From Octopus vulgaris (lineage: Eukaryota): a stretch of DNA of 64,000 bases. Shown one piece after another: positions 13,162 to 27,855 of this stretch; the stretch's first letter is position 1; each line of letters opens with the position of its first letter. The notes under the pieces were generated by a model that ran no database searches, had not been told where the DNA came from, and worked only from the letters and a program-made list of their open reading frames with translations. The stretch is from NCBI GenBank assembly GCA_951406725.2, contig OX597818.1, forward strand, positions 46,128,001 through 46,192,000, written 5' to 3'. The position numbers and the translations under genes were made by a program.

Positions 13162-13734
13162 TTATGTTTACCTTCTATTCAAGTTCTACATAATGAACAC
13201 CCACAAAACAATATATATTATTGTTCACCATCTCACATGAAAGTTCATAACATTTATTTTGAGAAATACGGCTGGATCCCCCGCAAACCACACCCTGCTG
13301 TCTGTGAAGAAGGGAGATGGAGAAAAAGAGAAATTTGAAATGGAGGAGTATTGGGCAAAATGTGTTGAAAGTATGGTTATGTTAGAAAACAAAAGTCAAA
13401 ATTATTCTTATGTGATGTCAAACTGTTTTTTTCTCCCTTCTTCATTCTGTCTTTTATCTTTTGCTGTCTGTCTCTCTCTCTCTTTGTCTGTCTGTCTGTC
13501 TCGCTCTTTATCTTTGTCTCTGTCTTGCTCATTATCTCTGTCTTACTCATCTTTCTCTCTCTCTTTGTATCTCTCTCCTTCTCTCTCTCCCTCTCTCTGG
13601 AATGATGACTAGAGAAAGTATTAGAAGCACACAAAGCACATAACATAGAGTGAGGGCAAGGAGGGATGATGATCAAAACAGCTTGACAACTCCTTGAGGT
13701 GAAAAGTGTATTGTAAAACCCTTCTTGAATGGAT

Positions 13735-14294
13735 TGTCAAATCAAATCATTTTTTCTCTATGGACCCCTTTGAATACTGTTTTATTCTAGTGAACCTATG
13801 TAGCCATTTGATGTTTAAAAACTAGTTTTATAGATACTTCTTTCAAAATTTCTATTTTATTTTTTACACATTAACTTGTGTAGGTTGAAAGTTGGAAAAA
13901 GAAACCCAGCTGTTTCTTACAATACATGCCAATACATACATCTGAAGCAAAATTTTTTTCAGGGACCCTTAACCCTTTTGTATTTAAACTGGCCATATCC
14001 GGCCAAAATATTTAATCTGTTTTATGTTCAAACTGACCAGATCCAGGCTCTCACACCTACCCTACAATGTTATTCTACATTAATTAATTACACCATCAAG
14101 ATCTTGAAGATATGAGATAATGCATGATTAATTAAAATCAATGGGAATCAATAAGCATTATGTTTGATAGAATAATCTGAACACTAAAGGGTTAAAGTAC
14201 TGTTGTGGATCCTAAATTTACTATCTTTTTGCATGGACCTTCTAAAATCTTATATGGATCCTCAGGGTCATATTGACTCTGATAGAGAACCACT
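13735..14294. mobile_element. old hAT-type MITE containing a nested TTAA MITE (13969-14195)
   Basis: Right end GAGAACCACTG (reverse complement CAGTGGTTCTC) and repeated ATGGACCCC subterminal motifs. Nested element TTAACCCTTT...AAAGGGTTAA. Left boundary approximate. Confidence 0.55.
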
Positions 14295-15681
14295 GTTCTG
14301 GAGGCTTTAATAATACTGAACATAGTATAAGAAAAAAAATGGGATGGCCATGGAAAGAAGAGCCTTTAACCATAAGTTTCCTTGGTCAGTACTGTCTTAG
14401 GGTTAAACATAAACATCAATAACAGCAGTGAAACTACGACAAGATGTGCAGGCATGGTTGGGTGGTTAAGACGCTCACTTTGCAACCATGTGGTTTCAGG
14501 TTCTGTTCCATTATGCAACATCTTGAGCAAGTGTATTGTACACCTGAGTCAACCAATGCTTTGTGAGTGAATTTGATATACAGAAATTGTTTGAGAGCCT
14601 GTGTGTGTCTCTCCCCTACCTGCCCAATGCTTGACACCAGTGTTGGTTTGTTTTCATCTCTGTAACTTAGCAGTTCAGCAAAAGAGACCAATAGAGTAAG
14701 TACTAGACTTAAATAAGTATTGACCCCTTCAAGACAGTGCCCTGGCATGGCCACAGTTCAATGACTGAAACACATGGTAGATGAAAAAAATAATCCAAAT
14801 ACAGACTTACCTACAGAGAACTTTAATTTGAAACCCCATTCCCAAATATAGAACCCTTTCAAAACAACACCATATAAACAGTAAGAAGAACTGGAGTATA
14901 TGCGTGGTGTCACACTAAAAGAAGTCCCCATTTAATAACTTGATTCTGGGTTGCTCTAATTGCACTTACCAACATCATGAGAAAGACAAGTAAATCAAAT
15001 ATAGCCAAGATGTCAAGTTTAGAGAATAAGTCATTTTTAAATGACAGGAAAGTATTATTTTCTGTCAGAATTAATCTTAGTAATTGTTATACCTAAAAAG
15101 ACTATCTGAACAAACTACTCAGTAATATGTATTTTTCTACTGTCTTATTTATATGCATATGCGTGCACACACACACACATGTGCATATGAAGTAGAAATT
15201 GAGGTCTCTGTATAGTAATATGACCTGCTAGAAATTACTCACAAATCATACCCCATTGTTATATACTTTACATGTGTGCATGAGTCAATAAGGGAGGTCT
15301 GTATGTAGTAGCTAGGCCTGGTTGAAACCACAGCCATAGCTCACTGCAGCCACACCTTTACTGTCTGGTGTAAATTCTCCCTAAGACCACATTCTATCCC
15401 AAAAGTCACTGAGAGTCTAAGAATGTCACTGAAGATGCATCTCTGAGCGTCTGTGAGAAGTATCTTAGACTCTTTATATGAGGCAGTAATAATTTCTCAA
15501 CCTGGCAGCTCTTGCATTTTTATCTTCCTCACATCACACCTAATTGGCTTACGTTTATATGTGTGTCTATATGAGATAACGAGAGAGACATCAATGTTGC
15601 AGCTACACCTGACTGAAATAGCAATCAATTTTCTATCAAAGCGCTCTCTACTATCTCATTTAATGATGGAGCTTCTCTAGT

Positions 15682-16000
15682 CATCATCATCATCGATTAA
15701 TGTCCATTTTCCATGCTGGTATGGGTTGGATGGTTTGACTGAGGTCTGGAGAGCCAGCAGCTGCACCAGGCTCCATTTTAGTCTGCCAGAGTTTCTACAG
15801 CTGGATGTCCTTCCTAACGCCCACCACTCCAAGAGCGTGGTGGGTGCTTTTTATGTGCCACCGGCATGGAGGCCAGTAAGGCGGGCCTAGCAACAATCAC
15901 ATTTGGATGGTGCTTCTTATGTGCCACTGGCACAGGAGCCAGTCAGGGGCTACTGGCATCGGTCACAATTGGTTGGGGCTTTTTACATGCCACCGGCACC
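15682..16000 (-). mobile_element. RTE-type 3' tail element ending in (GAT)n
   Basis: Reverse complement of the GGAGTGGTTGGCGTTAGGAAGGGCATCCAGCTGTAGAAAC...(GAT)n family also seen at 28400, 40330, 56740 and 57810. Confidence 0.75.
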
Positions 16001-16150
16001 ATGTATTTTGAAATGATAGAAATATCCAAAATATACTTAATCTCCTTCACTTCTCTACTCTCCCATGTGTGATTATATGTACGCATGAATCAATAAACAA
16101 GACCTCTACATATTAGTTCGATCTGACATATATAGCAGCCAATTTTCACA

Positions 16151-16334
16151 TTACCCTTTAGCATTCGGATTACTCCATCACTTATAATGCTTCTTTATTG
16201 ACATTGTTTTGAATCATTCATGCATCATATCATAACCTTGGGATTTTTTTCATACAATTTGTTTATTTTTAGAATGACATTGCAGGGTAGGTATGAGAGA
16301 CCAGATTTGGCTGGTTTAAATGCTAAAGGGTTAG
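16151..16334. mobile_element. piggyBac-type MITE (family A)
   Basis: TTACCCTTTAGCATT...AATGCTAAAGGGTTA. Confidence 0.7.
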
Positions 16335-18940
16335 ACTACACTCCTCTGTCTCATGTCAATTAGATACAATATTGGGCAGTGCTAGGTACCTCTGCCTATT
16401 AAATATAAGTATCACACTATTGAATAAGTTTAAATTTACTCTTTAACTTTTTGTGACTATATTTCTTATGAGTTGACTATTCATGATTTCTTGATTTATT
16501 TTCATCCTTTTAACATCCACTTTTCTATGTCTGCATGAGTTGGATGGAATTTGTTGAGGTAAATTTTCTATAGCTGGTTGCCCTTCATATTGCTAGCCCT
16601 CACCTGTTTCCAAGTCAGATGATATTTCCTCCCTTGGCTGAACTTATTTTCCAAGACTAGAACTGAAGAATACTGTTTGTATCATGGTAATACTTGTTAC
16701 AACGTTCACAAGACGTCAAGGCAAGGAGACACTAACTCCCTCTTCCTCATACATACACACACACAGTGGGCTTTTTTATTTTCCACCTACCAGATTCATT
16801 CATGAAGCTTTGATCTGCTATGGCTATAGTAAAAGACACTTAACCTAAGCTGGCATGCAATGTTGACCAACAGAAATTTCACCAGATTACTCATATTATA
16901 ATAAATAAGATTGTGGCTGAGATCTTAATTTAAATATGAATACTTTAGTAGTGGCTGTCTCTGGCAAGTTGGTATTAAAAGTTTTAAGAGACCAGTATTA
17001 TGGACGGCTATTCTATGTAAAATTATTGATTGCTGTTCTGTATAGACTCTCTCACAAAATATCTATTCAATATCTTTTAACACACAAACTGCTCATAGAG
17101 AATATGTTAAAATGTTTCCAGTGATACTAGTCTGCCAATCCTCTCATTTCATAATAAATCAGAAGCGACATAAAATGACACATAAAGCACGCACAACAGC
17201 AGACAACATTCTGTGGGAGGAGAACACAAGACAAGAATAAAAATGATCAAAGTAATTTCTGAAAAGATTAAGAACTTCAAGCAAAAACTCATAAGGAACT
17301 ACATAAAGTTCAAAATTCGTCTAAAATCACATAAATATTAATTTGAATGCCCATTAAGACTGCAGGCTGGGTAAAATGCTTTTGTCTGTCTTTATGTTCT
17401 GAGTTCAAAAGCTGCTGGGAGCAACTTTGCCTTTAATCCTCTCAGGGTTGATAAAATAAGCACAAGTTGGGCACTGGGTTCATATAATCGATCTAGTTCC
17501 CTTCCTTAAAACTGCTGGCCTTATGCCAAAATTTGGTACCAGTTTGTATATCCATATAATAGCTGCTACATATAACTTATTTTAGTGAAGCTTTCATGAG
17601 CCTGACATAATTTACATTGAGACATGACTGTCTGGTTAAGTACTGGAGAAGTTTGATTTGCAATTGTATGGTTACATGATCAATTTCACATCAAGCCCCT
17701 TGGACAAGTGTCTTCTGCCATAGCTTCAGTTTTACCAACACTACGAGAATCAAATTTGGTTGAGGAAACCATGCTGAAGTTCATATATACATACTTGTGT
17801 GTGTCCCTTTATATTCCTTAACTTGGCACAAATACATCAACATCATCTAACATACATTTTCCATGCAGACATGGATTTGATGGTTTGACAGGAGCTGACC
17901 ATCTGAAGGGCTGTTCAGGCTCCACGTTTGTTTTGACATGGTTTCTATGGCTGGATGCCCTTCCTAATGCCAAACACTACACACTGTACTGAGTGCTTTT
18001 TGGGTAGCACCAGCACCTATAAGCCTGCAAGATTAGGGATGGTCAGCTGGAGCGGGTTGCAGGGTATGAGCCTGTATGCAAGGGCAACCATGCTTTTACT
18101 TAGCCTGTAGTATCTTTTCAAGCACAAAGGCCTTGGTAGCTCAGTAGGTAGTGTGTCATTCTCATAATCCAAATACAATTGTGTATATTTAACACAAACA
18201 TACATATACACCCATATATAGTATAACGATTGTGTCATTCATTTCCAATATTCTGCACAAATATGTCAAGCCATGAGGAAAAATTACCTTATTTGAAAAC
18301 AGGTGAGTGCTGGTGATAGGAAAGGCATCCAACCATAAAAAATCCACCTGAACAAAATTTGCCCAACCCATGCAAACGTGGAAAAGTGAATGTTCAAATG
18401 ATGATGATGATGATGACTAATCGCATTAGTATTATTTATACTAAGTCTTACTTAATTAGAATATACTCTGATATTGATTATTAAAATTAAATTACATATT
18501 TCTATATGCTTTGAAATTAAATGACATACTCATGAAGGGATTGCTGCTGGTGTCATTTGTTTGCACTCTTTCATGGAAATTTGTCTAACCATCGTGTTAT
18601 TCATGTACAAAGGACTTAGGGAAATATGTTGTTTGGTGGCTGGAAGAGCAATTTAGCTGTTGAATATCTGCCTCAACAAATTTCATCTGACTCATGTGAG
18701 CATGGAAAAGTAAGCATTATACTAATGTGATGAAGATTATGAATGACACAAATCTATACATGTATATTTGTGTTGCTGTATATCCTTCCACATAGTGATT
18801 TATTAAATAGGCATCAATAAAGTAACTTTATGACTAAAATAACTACTAGAAGTGGTGCAATCAACTAAAATCCCTTTATGGTAGTACCAAAGCATGGTCT
18901 CAGTCTAGTGACAGAAGATAATAAGAGAATATATATATAT

Positions 18941-19117
18941 AGCCGCCATGATTGACTGCTAGCGCCAAAAAATTTTTTATTCTCTCTCTGTTTATTTCCT
19001 CATGTTCCTTTCTGTTGAAGAGCATAGGCTTGAAATGTAAAGGGTTTTCTCAGCTTCCCAAGCATTAAACTAATACACCTGTCTTTGTCTTTTGTTTTTC
19101 TGTAAATTTCAACTATA
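18941..19117 (+). mobile_element. short Penelope-like terminal repeat family (copies also ~19510-19690 +, 21918-22046 -, 37561-37753 +, 43528-43696 -)
   Basis: Five mutually similar ~130-190 bp copies, each abutting (TA)n and carrying a hammerhead-like motif. Confidence 0.6.
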
Positions 19118-19341
19118 TAATATATATATATATGTGTGTGTGTATGTATGTATATATATATATATATATCAATGTATCATATAATGTTGACCCACGATTT
19201 TCATTCTTTGGTGACCTATTGACTAAATGACTAACAAGTTCCTACCCACCAGAGGTGAAGAGTTACTTTTGTCTTTAGCTTTAGAGCTGTGGATGTGAAA
19301 CCATTGGTCACTCTATGACCGGACATATACTTAACTACATC

Positions 19342-19381
<40 letters not shown>

Positions 19382-19434
19382 CAAAATGCCCCCTGTCCAA
19401 TGGACGGTGCTGAGTTGTCAAACATTTAAACCCA

Positions 19435-19489
<55 letters not shown>

Positions 19490-20639
19490 ATATGTATATA
19501 TGTATATTCTGGCCATGTCATCATGTTGAACTGTTAATCCCTACACATTTTTTCTCTCTCCATTTTTCTGTCAAAGAGTGTAGGCTTGAAACATCAAAGA
19601 CTTTTCCGTTCTTCCCGAACATCAAACTAATACACCTGCTTGTTGTTCCTTCACCTGTCTTCATCTTTTGTTTTCTATAAATTTGAACTGTATCCTTTTC
19701 TTTTTATTTTCCCTGTTTCAGTCATTAGACTGTGGCCATGCTGGGGCACCACCTTGAAAAAATTTTATTTGGATGAATCAACCTTAGTACTTACTTTTTT
19801 AAAGCCTAGTACTTATTCTATCAGTCACTTTTGTCAAACCACTAAGTTACATGGACATAAATACACCAATACCAGTTGTCAAGTGATGGTCGGGGACCAA
19901 GTCACACACACACACACATGTGCAATGGGCTTCTTTCAGTTTCTGCCTATCAAAACCACTCACAAGTCTTTGGTCAACCCAAGGCTATATAGTGAAAGAC
20001 ACTTGCTCAAGGTGCCACACCGTGGGACTGAACTCAGAAACATGTGGTTGAGAAGCAAGCTTCTTACAACACAGTCATGATATATATATACTCTATGTGT
20101 AGAATACATTCTTTTCATTTGTAAATTCAGACATACTGTGGCATCATTTAGCTTGACGACAAGCCTTTACTGATGTTTTAATGTTCATTTATTTAATCAT
20201 TTAAAATCAAACCATATAGGAATAAAAAGAAAAAATTTTAATCTCTTTTATTGATGTAAGTTTAAACATGAAAATTTTAATTAGAAATGCAATTATTGAC
20301 AAAAATGAATGTCATTCAGTTTCAGAGCATGTAGAAAAAAAGTGATTTAATTTTGATAATCGATAGTCTGTTCTATTCAAGTGAGACTTAGTATTAATGA
20401 TACTAATGGTATTAATCATCATCATCATCATTGTAACATGTACTTTCCATGCTGGCATGGGTTGGACAAATTTTGTTTAGATGGATTTTCTATGGCTGGA
20501 TGCCCTTCTTGTTGCCAACACTCACCTGTTTTGGCCAGGAAACTCTGGGTAGCTGTATTTTACAAGACTTGTGGTGTTTATATGTTGGCGGGTGTGTATT
20601 GTGTGGCTTTTACGCACAGTAATAGCCCTTGATATTATA

Positions 20640-20652
20640 ATGTGTGTGTATG

Positions 20653-20709
<57 letters not shown>

Positions 20710-20966
20710 ATATATATATATGTATGTGTGTGTATATATATATATGTATGTGTGTGTATATATATATATGTATGTGTGTGTATATATATATATGTATGTG
20801 TGTATATATATATATGTATGTGTGTGTATATATATATATATATGTATGTGTGTGTATATATATATATGTATGTGTGTGTATATATATATATATGTATGTG
20901 TGTGTATATATATATATGTATGTGTGTGTGTATATATATATATGTATGTGTGTGTATATATATATA

Positions 20967-21008
<42 letters not shown>

Positions 21009-21234
21009 TATGTGTGTGTGTATATATATATGTATGTGTGTGTGTATATATGTATGTGTGTGTGTATATATATATGTATGTGTGTGTATATATGTGTGTG
21101 TATATGTATGTATATGTGTGTGTGTATATGTATGTGTGTATATGTATGTATATGTGTGTGTATATATGTATGTGTGTGTGTGTATATATGTATGTGTGTG
21201 TGTGTGTGTGTGTCTATGTATGTATGTGTGTGTG

Positions 21235-21265
<31 letters not shown>

Positions 21266-21282
21266 ATGTATATATATATATG
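20640..21282. repeat. (TG)n(TA)n compound micro/minisatellite
   Basis: Read directly; explains the long YMCV-type ORFs in the track. Confidence 0.97.
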
Positions 21283-21283
21283 T

Positions 21284-21640
21284 AATAATAATAGTAGGGA
21301 ATATAATTCCAAAATTTACAGGGAAAAATTCAATTTTACAATTTTAAATCAAATTTCACAATATATAATATATATATATAATTTAGAGAAAAACCTCTAT
21401 TAAGCAATTCAATAAAGAAAGATGTTATTCACACCATATAGAAAACATATACTATAAAAACCTTATTCTAAAAATCAATAAAGTATAGTAAATAGTAGTA
21501 GTAGTACTATTTACTATTTATTGTACTTTATTGATTTTTAGAATAAGGTTTTTATAGTATATGTTTTCTATATGGTGTGAATAACATCTTTCTTTATTGA
21601 ATTGCTTAATAGAGGTTTTTCTGTAAATTATATACATATA
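21284..21640. repeat. AT-rich fold-back element family (related copies 32608-33130, 38957-39305)
   Basis: ~120 bp near-perfect inverted arms; all three share the terminus TAGGGA(A/G)TATAA(T/C)TCCAAA(A/C)TTTACAGGGAAAAATTCAATTT (approximate consensus) and sit in (TA)n. Confidence 0.8.
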
Positions 21641-22489
21641 TTATATATATATATCATCATCATCGTCTGCTTTCCATGCTAGCATGGGTTGGACGATTCA
21701 ACTGGGGTCTGGGAAGCCAGAAGGCTGCACCAGGCCCAGTCTGATCTGGCAATGTTTCTGGATGCCCTTCCTAACGCCAACCACTCCGTGAATGTAGTGG
21801 GTGCTTTTTACGTGCCACCAGCACAGTTGCCAGATGGGGCTGGCAAACGGCCACAGTCGGATGGTGCTTTTTACGTGTATATGTATATATATATATATAT
21901 AAATATATATATATATGTAGTTGAAATTTACAGAAAAACAAAAGATGAAGACAGGTGTATGAACAACAAGCAGGTGTATTAGTTTGATACTCAGGAAAGT
22001 GAGAAAGTCTTTTACATTTTGAGCTTACACTCTTCAACAGAAAGGAATATGATTATTGCACTCAGGCAATATTGATGACTGGCTTCCAACCAGTATATTT
22101 GAAGAGTCGTCAGTAAATGCTTGAGGACAATAGTCTGTGTGAAACTAACTGTAACACACTGACACGACTTGTTTCATGCCATAAACTGTAATATACTGCT
22201 CAATTCTGTGTGTGTTTGTATGTATATATCATATCATGTCTGCTTTCCATGGTGACAAGGCTTGGATAGATTGTCATGGTCTAAGTTAGTTCTTGTTTAG
22301 AGTTACTGCTCTCTTTGGCATCGTTGGTGTCCATATCTTCAATAAGACAAGACTACCTTTTTGATCCTGTAATGGCTTTACTCATTTGCTAGGCACTTTG
22401 CTGAGTGTACTGGGTGCATTTAACCTGTGGCACCAACACTAGTGAAATTGTCTTGTTTCTTGCACAACAAAAAGAGAAATGCCAGTCCA

Positions 22490-22637
22490 TTGCTGGGTTA
22501 CCCATTTACAGTGAGGTGGACTGGAGGAACATGAAGTGAAGTGTTTTGTTAAAGAACATTACACACTGCCTATCCGGGAGTTGAAACTACAATCCTGTGA
22601 TTGCAAGTGAAACACTCTAACCACTAGACCATGCGCC
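22490..22637 (-). mobile_element. tRNA-derived SINE whose 5' end is the target of the foldback element
   Basis: Minus strand begins GGCGCATGGTCTAGTGGTTAGAGTG (tRNA A box). Confidence 0.65.
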
Positions 22638-23467
22638 AGATCTTTTCCTTTTGAACGGCATATGTCAACACAATTTCTAGTTAACTAAACACTTTTAAAC
22701 TTCGTATACTGGTAGAATGTGTTTATAAAACATCATTTTTCTTGGCTTTATTGAGAAAATTCTATATGTTGTAACATATTTCGACTTTAATTTCGAGCAT
22801 TTCGGCAATTTTAACCAATCGCTGACCTCCATTGACGTAAACAACATTCCATGCTGTATGAATATGTCCCTTGTTTAAGAAACAGATTGAGTTTATTTAC
22901 ATTTGCGAAGAAAAAAAGATACCCTTCCCCCACCCCTAACCCCACTCCTAACCCTAACCATAACTCTAAACCTAACCCTAAAATAGATTGAAATGCAATA
23001 GATCGATACTAGGGTTATAATTATGGGTGACAATTTTATACGACACCGCTACAGAAAATGGGATTTTTTTCTAGCGGTGTCAAATGAAATTGTCACCCAT
23101 AATTATAACCATAGTATCAATCTATTGCATTTCAATCTATTTTAGGGTTAGGTTTAGAGTTATGGTTAGGGGTGGGGGAAGGGTATCTTTTTTTCTTCGC
23201 AAATGTAAATAAACTCAATCTGTTTCTTAAACGAGGGACATATTCATACAGCATGGAATGTTGTTTACGTCAATGGAGGTCAGCGATTGGTTAAAATTGC
23301 CGAAATGCTCGAAATTAAAGTCGAAATATGTTACAACATATAGAATTTTCTCAATAAAGCCAAGAAAAAATGATGTTTTATAAACACATTCTACCAGTAT
23401 ACGAAGTTTAAAAGTGTTTAGTTAACTAGAAATTGTGTTGACATGTGCCGTTCAAAAGGAAAAGATC
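22638..23467. mobile_element. ~830 bp non-autonomous foldback DNA transposon with ~400 bp arms and 8-9 bp TSD
   Basis: Arms 22639-23051 and 23072-23467 are near-perfect reverse complements; CCATGCGCC at 22629-22637 and 23468-23476; degenerate CCCTAA/TTAGGG tracts inside the arms. Confidence 0.92.
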
Positions 23468-23474
23468 CCATGCG

Positions 23475-23542
<68 letters not shown>

Positions 23543-26500
23543 CACACACACATTTAAGCATTCACGTTTTGGTGCTAAATAGTCTAAAGCAGTTGTTGAA
23601 ATAGCTACTGTCTTCAGTAAGGCAAAGAAAATACAATAATTCTCATATGTTACCATATTTTATTTCATTACCATAATGATTAGGAGACTTACATCTTAAC
23701 ATTTCCATCTATTGTGCATATGTATACATATACATACATGTATGTGTTTGTGTGTGTGCATGTGTGTATGTGAATGTGTGTGAGAGAGAGAGAGAGATAC
23801 TGCAATAAACTGTGGTCACCACCTTCATGATACTCTTCATTGTACATTCATATAACCTTGTTGATTCAGATATTGAATGTAACAATTGGAATGAATAATG
23901 ATTGTGACATATTTAGGTAGCAAATAAAACAGTCAGTCTTTTCTCTCCTGGGCTTTTCAGTAAATTCTTTATACTTCATGCTGACAGCTAGGTCATCAAT
24001 GGCATTTGTCCTGATTTACTAGATTAGATATGAAGATTATTTCTACAGTTGACAAACTTATAAATAATTTAATGTTTCTATTATTGTTTTTACTTTGACA
24101 TTCATTGTTTATGCTTATGTGCTTCAGTTATTAATTTCCAAATCATCTTTTACTGTGAAGTATGTTAAAATTCAAGCAGGATAAATAACTGTACCGATTC
24201 CACAAGGAGTATAATGTGTCGAACTCCAATACCTGTTTTGCCATGGTTTCTATGGCTGGATGCCTTTCCTAATGCCAAGCACATTACAAAGTCTACTGGG
24301 TGCTTTTTTTTTTTACTTAGCACTAGCGCTAGTGAGGTCAATAAATAGCTTACAAAGCAAGACTCTTTCAAAGGAGGGGCTGTAGTATTGAGGGAGATGG
24401 GTTCTTGCTAGGGGATGACAGGTTAAAGTATGGTAGAGGAACGGAAAATGGTGTCTTGCAGTAGAGGAGACATGTTTTGCTCTCCTTCTACCATACTTTA
24501 ACCTATCATCCCTTGGCAAGAAAAAGGTGTCTTGCAGTAGAGGAGTGAAAGGAAAAACCAGTAGCACTGGTAGAGAGCTCCTTCAAATGCAGTTGCTATA
24601 TGTGTGACTGCCACTCCCATGTGGGCCTCTACAGCCACAGCAGACACTGCATCACCATCATACAATTTCTTAGGATGCAGATCCAAGGTCTCTAGAAACT
24701 GACAGATGCCTACTAATAGAAAAGGCACATGGCTACCCCAGTTGGCAAAAGGAGAGGTGGTGAAGAGGTGTCAGGTCATACCTTCAAGTTATAGGAAGGT
24801 GAACATAAGAGTAGTCCAGAGAAATGAACAGGGTGTGAAAGGAGAGTGTCCAGACAGATAAAGATGGGAATAGAGGTGAATGGTGAACACATGTGGAAGC
24901 ATGGTCAATGGTGGACACATGTGGAAGCATGGTCAATGGTGAATATCCATTTTAGTGGGGAGTTGGAGGGTGAAATCAGTGTTCATTTTTAATGCTATTT
25001 ATTTTTGTTATTGCTTCTCAAATTATTCTACTTTATCATTTGATCTACAATCTTTAAATAAAACATTAAAGCATAAGTGTATATTTACATATACATTTTT
25101 ACTTTATGATATATGCATTCTTTCTGTGTTTGAACTGTAAAGTCATTTGGAATTTATTTAAAAAGGATCAAGTTTACCAAAGTATCCTGTGATTTATAAA
25201 TCAAAGTAGCTAAAAGTCATAACAAATGCTAACATATACATATGCATTATTTCAAGATAGTATTCTCTAAGGATAATGCAATAAAATTTGTAAAATAAAA
25301 ATAATAAACATTTCTGGTTGGTAATGCACAGCTGTTCTAATAATATTAAATAATAGGTTTATTTAATATTCAGTTACTGAATTTTGTCAGTGATAGCAAA
25401 CTGTCTGCTATTATGTCATATCATAGATTTATTTTTCAACAGAGAGAAATAGTCATTTTTCTCAAGATAAGATATATGATTGTTGGTCTACTCACTGACA
25501 TACCATAATTGTTATGATGCATTGAATATAGAAAGATTAAACACACACACACACACTTGAAAGAGAAAGGATAACTTGTGTTTATAGACATTCTTGTACT
25601 AGCTTCAGCAAATCAGCTATGGCCATGCTGGACCAATACTATAGGAAAAATAAAGTGCTTGTCAAAAACAATACCTTTTTGATAGCCAATTAAACAAACT
25701 TTTGATAAACTGGAAATTGCAATTAGAATGTTAAGATATTTTAACTATGCTGTGCTAAATAGCTTTTAGAGTGCTTTTTCCCCTTTTATATTAAACCTTT
25801 ATTAGTGAAAAGGAGCTGAAGTAGCTTGCATTATTCTTATTGCAGACACCCATTATTAAAAACTAATATTCATTATATAAACATTTTTTTGTTATTCACT
25901 AATATGAGAGACATTTCATTTGTTTTGAAATGTGAAAACAATAAAGAAAATAATTATGATAAAAGGTTGGGTTTCATTGCAGCAAACTTTTATTAAAATA
26001 AGTCCACACAAATGAAATGAACTCTCTGAGACAGATTTTTTTTATGCATTATCTAACAAGGTCAAACTGACATTTTGTTTTTTTTATGAGAATGGTAAAT
26101 AATGGCTACTTGTCATGTCTGATAGATGTAGTTGTTACTTTTATAGAAATACTTCATGTTTGGACATCTTACTTAGAGAAGCATGCCAATTGCTACATAA
26201 TACTCATTCAATAAATACTTGGATTTCATTGGTTGACACCTAGGAATGTGCAGCTACTCTTGATTGATAAGCTATGTATTGAGTGTTGTGGTGTGTTATA
26301 TTGTACAACAGTAGAATAGAATTATATCATAGTGATTGTGTAGTGGTCTCTACTAGAGATATGAACTAGCCACACACTAATACTATACCAGAATAAAACT
26401 ACATGTTTCCTACTATGTTGGCTATCCATAATAATCCAATAACACAATTACCATGTGAACTGCTACAACCACATATTACCAAAACAGCTCTTTGAATGAT

Positions 26501-27855
26501 ATAACATTGTTTACAACAAGGTTTTATTAGATCTTCTTAGTGGAACATAGTCTTTTTTTTCCTATAATTAATCAAAATGTTTGGCACACAATATATATTT
26601 AGTATGTTTGTACCAATTTAATTATTTGTTTTTCATGAAAAAAGTGTTAGTGGACACTTCTTTGCCTCTCTAATAAAATCATTTTTGGACATTTATTACT
26701 GTTTATAACATTACCAAGTGATAATGAAGGCAATGAATATCAACCTTTAGAAAATAGAAAAAGAAAAAATAAATCTAACACTTAGAAAATAGACGAATTT
26801 AGAATACTGATACTTTTTATTAATTTTTCTATAGTATTGGACAAAAGGTAAAAAATATTAGCCAACATGATGAAACTAAGCATTAAGAGAGTTTTGGTTA
26901 ATTATTACAGTTTACTTCTTGATTCTCAGTGTTAAATCTATTAACTAGTAATAAATATGCAGTAAAAGACAAAAAATCATAGTAATAAATGACTAATACT
27001 ATTTTCATTTTTCCAATTAGTACAGGTAACAACTCCAGACATGTTTTGTTCTTATCCTGACATCATGAGCAAGACATATCCTTTACCATTACTTGCTGAA
27101 AGAATCACCAGTTAAATGTACTAAATAGTATGTTGGTTGGAGTATGAAAAACAATAAAATTAATGCAATAATTAATTTGGGGAACATTAAAAAGTTAGCG
27201 GGAAATAAATGCATACTTGTAAAAAACCAAAATAATAATAATAATAATAATAATAAAAATTAGCCCTTGACTAATAATATTGTATTTTTTTATTAGCATA
27301 TATTTATTTCTAGTTACCTTTTTTGTAAGGCTACATACATTTCAGTTCTACAAACACCTTCAGATGCAATATTTGGTCCCATATTCAGTGCTGAATCCTG
27401 GGGTTTTGGGTCTTGCAACATACACCAAGATGACACAATGTAGTTTGATCAACCCTAAGCCTGTTTCATGGTTGCTGTCCAATGATCGAAACAATGAAAT
27501 GCTAAAAGATATTCTGAGAACATTTCATTATTGAAAATGCTTCATTCTCTTAGAGATGGAAGACATGCCCTAGCTAGAGGCTGCTCCAGCTCTTTCCTGA
27601 TATTGAACACAAAAGATCAGGCCACTTTTAAAAAGAGCTGTCAGTCTCTGAATCACTCTGGTTGGCATGCAGGGCTTGTAAGTTGAGGATGTCTTTTCAT
27701 AACCTCTGTCAGATTGAAGTCAGCCATGTTGATGCTATCATGTCTGTAAGAGAAATTAGAAAGTTATGATTTAGTTCATGCTCTCTAACATTACATTAAA
27801 ACATATGGTGTCCCCTAGTGGACAGCTAATACAAGGGAGACAATCATTTCTTCAT

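Noticed and set aside
20571-21403. Long ORFs of 213-258 aa
   Set aside because: Translations of a TG/TA microsatellite with no stop codons by composition; the same applies to the other YI/CV/HT/RE-rich ORFs.
22934-23172. Telomere or chromosome-fusion scar
   Set aside because: Repeats are short, degenerate, internal to a transposon with TSD, and recur in the copy at ~60000.
26991-27030. Micro-exon or recursive splice site (TTTTTCCAATTAG TACAG GTAAC); similar AG|GT at 44275 and 63073
   Set aside because: Donor matches are weak and such motifs are expected by chance in AT-rich DNA; needs junction reads.
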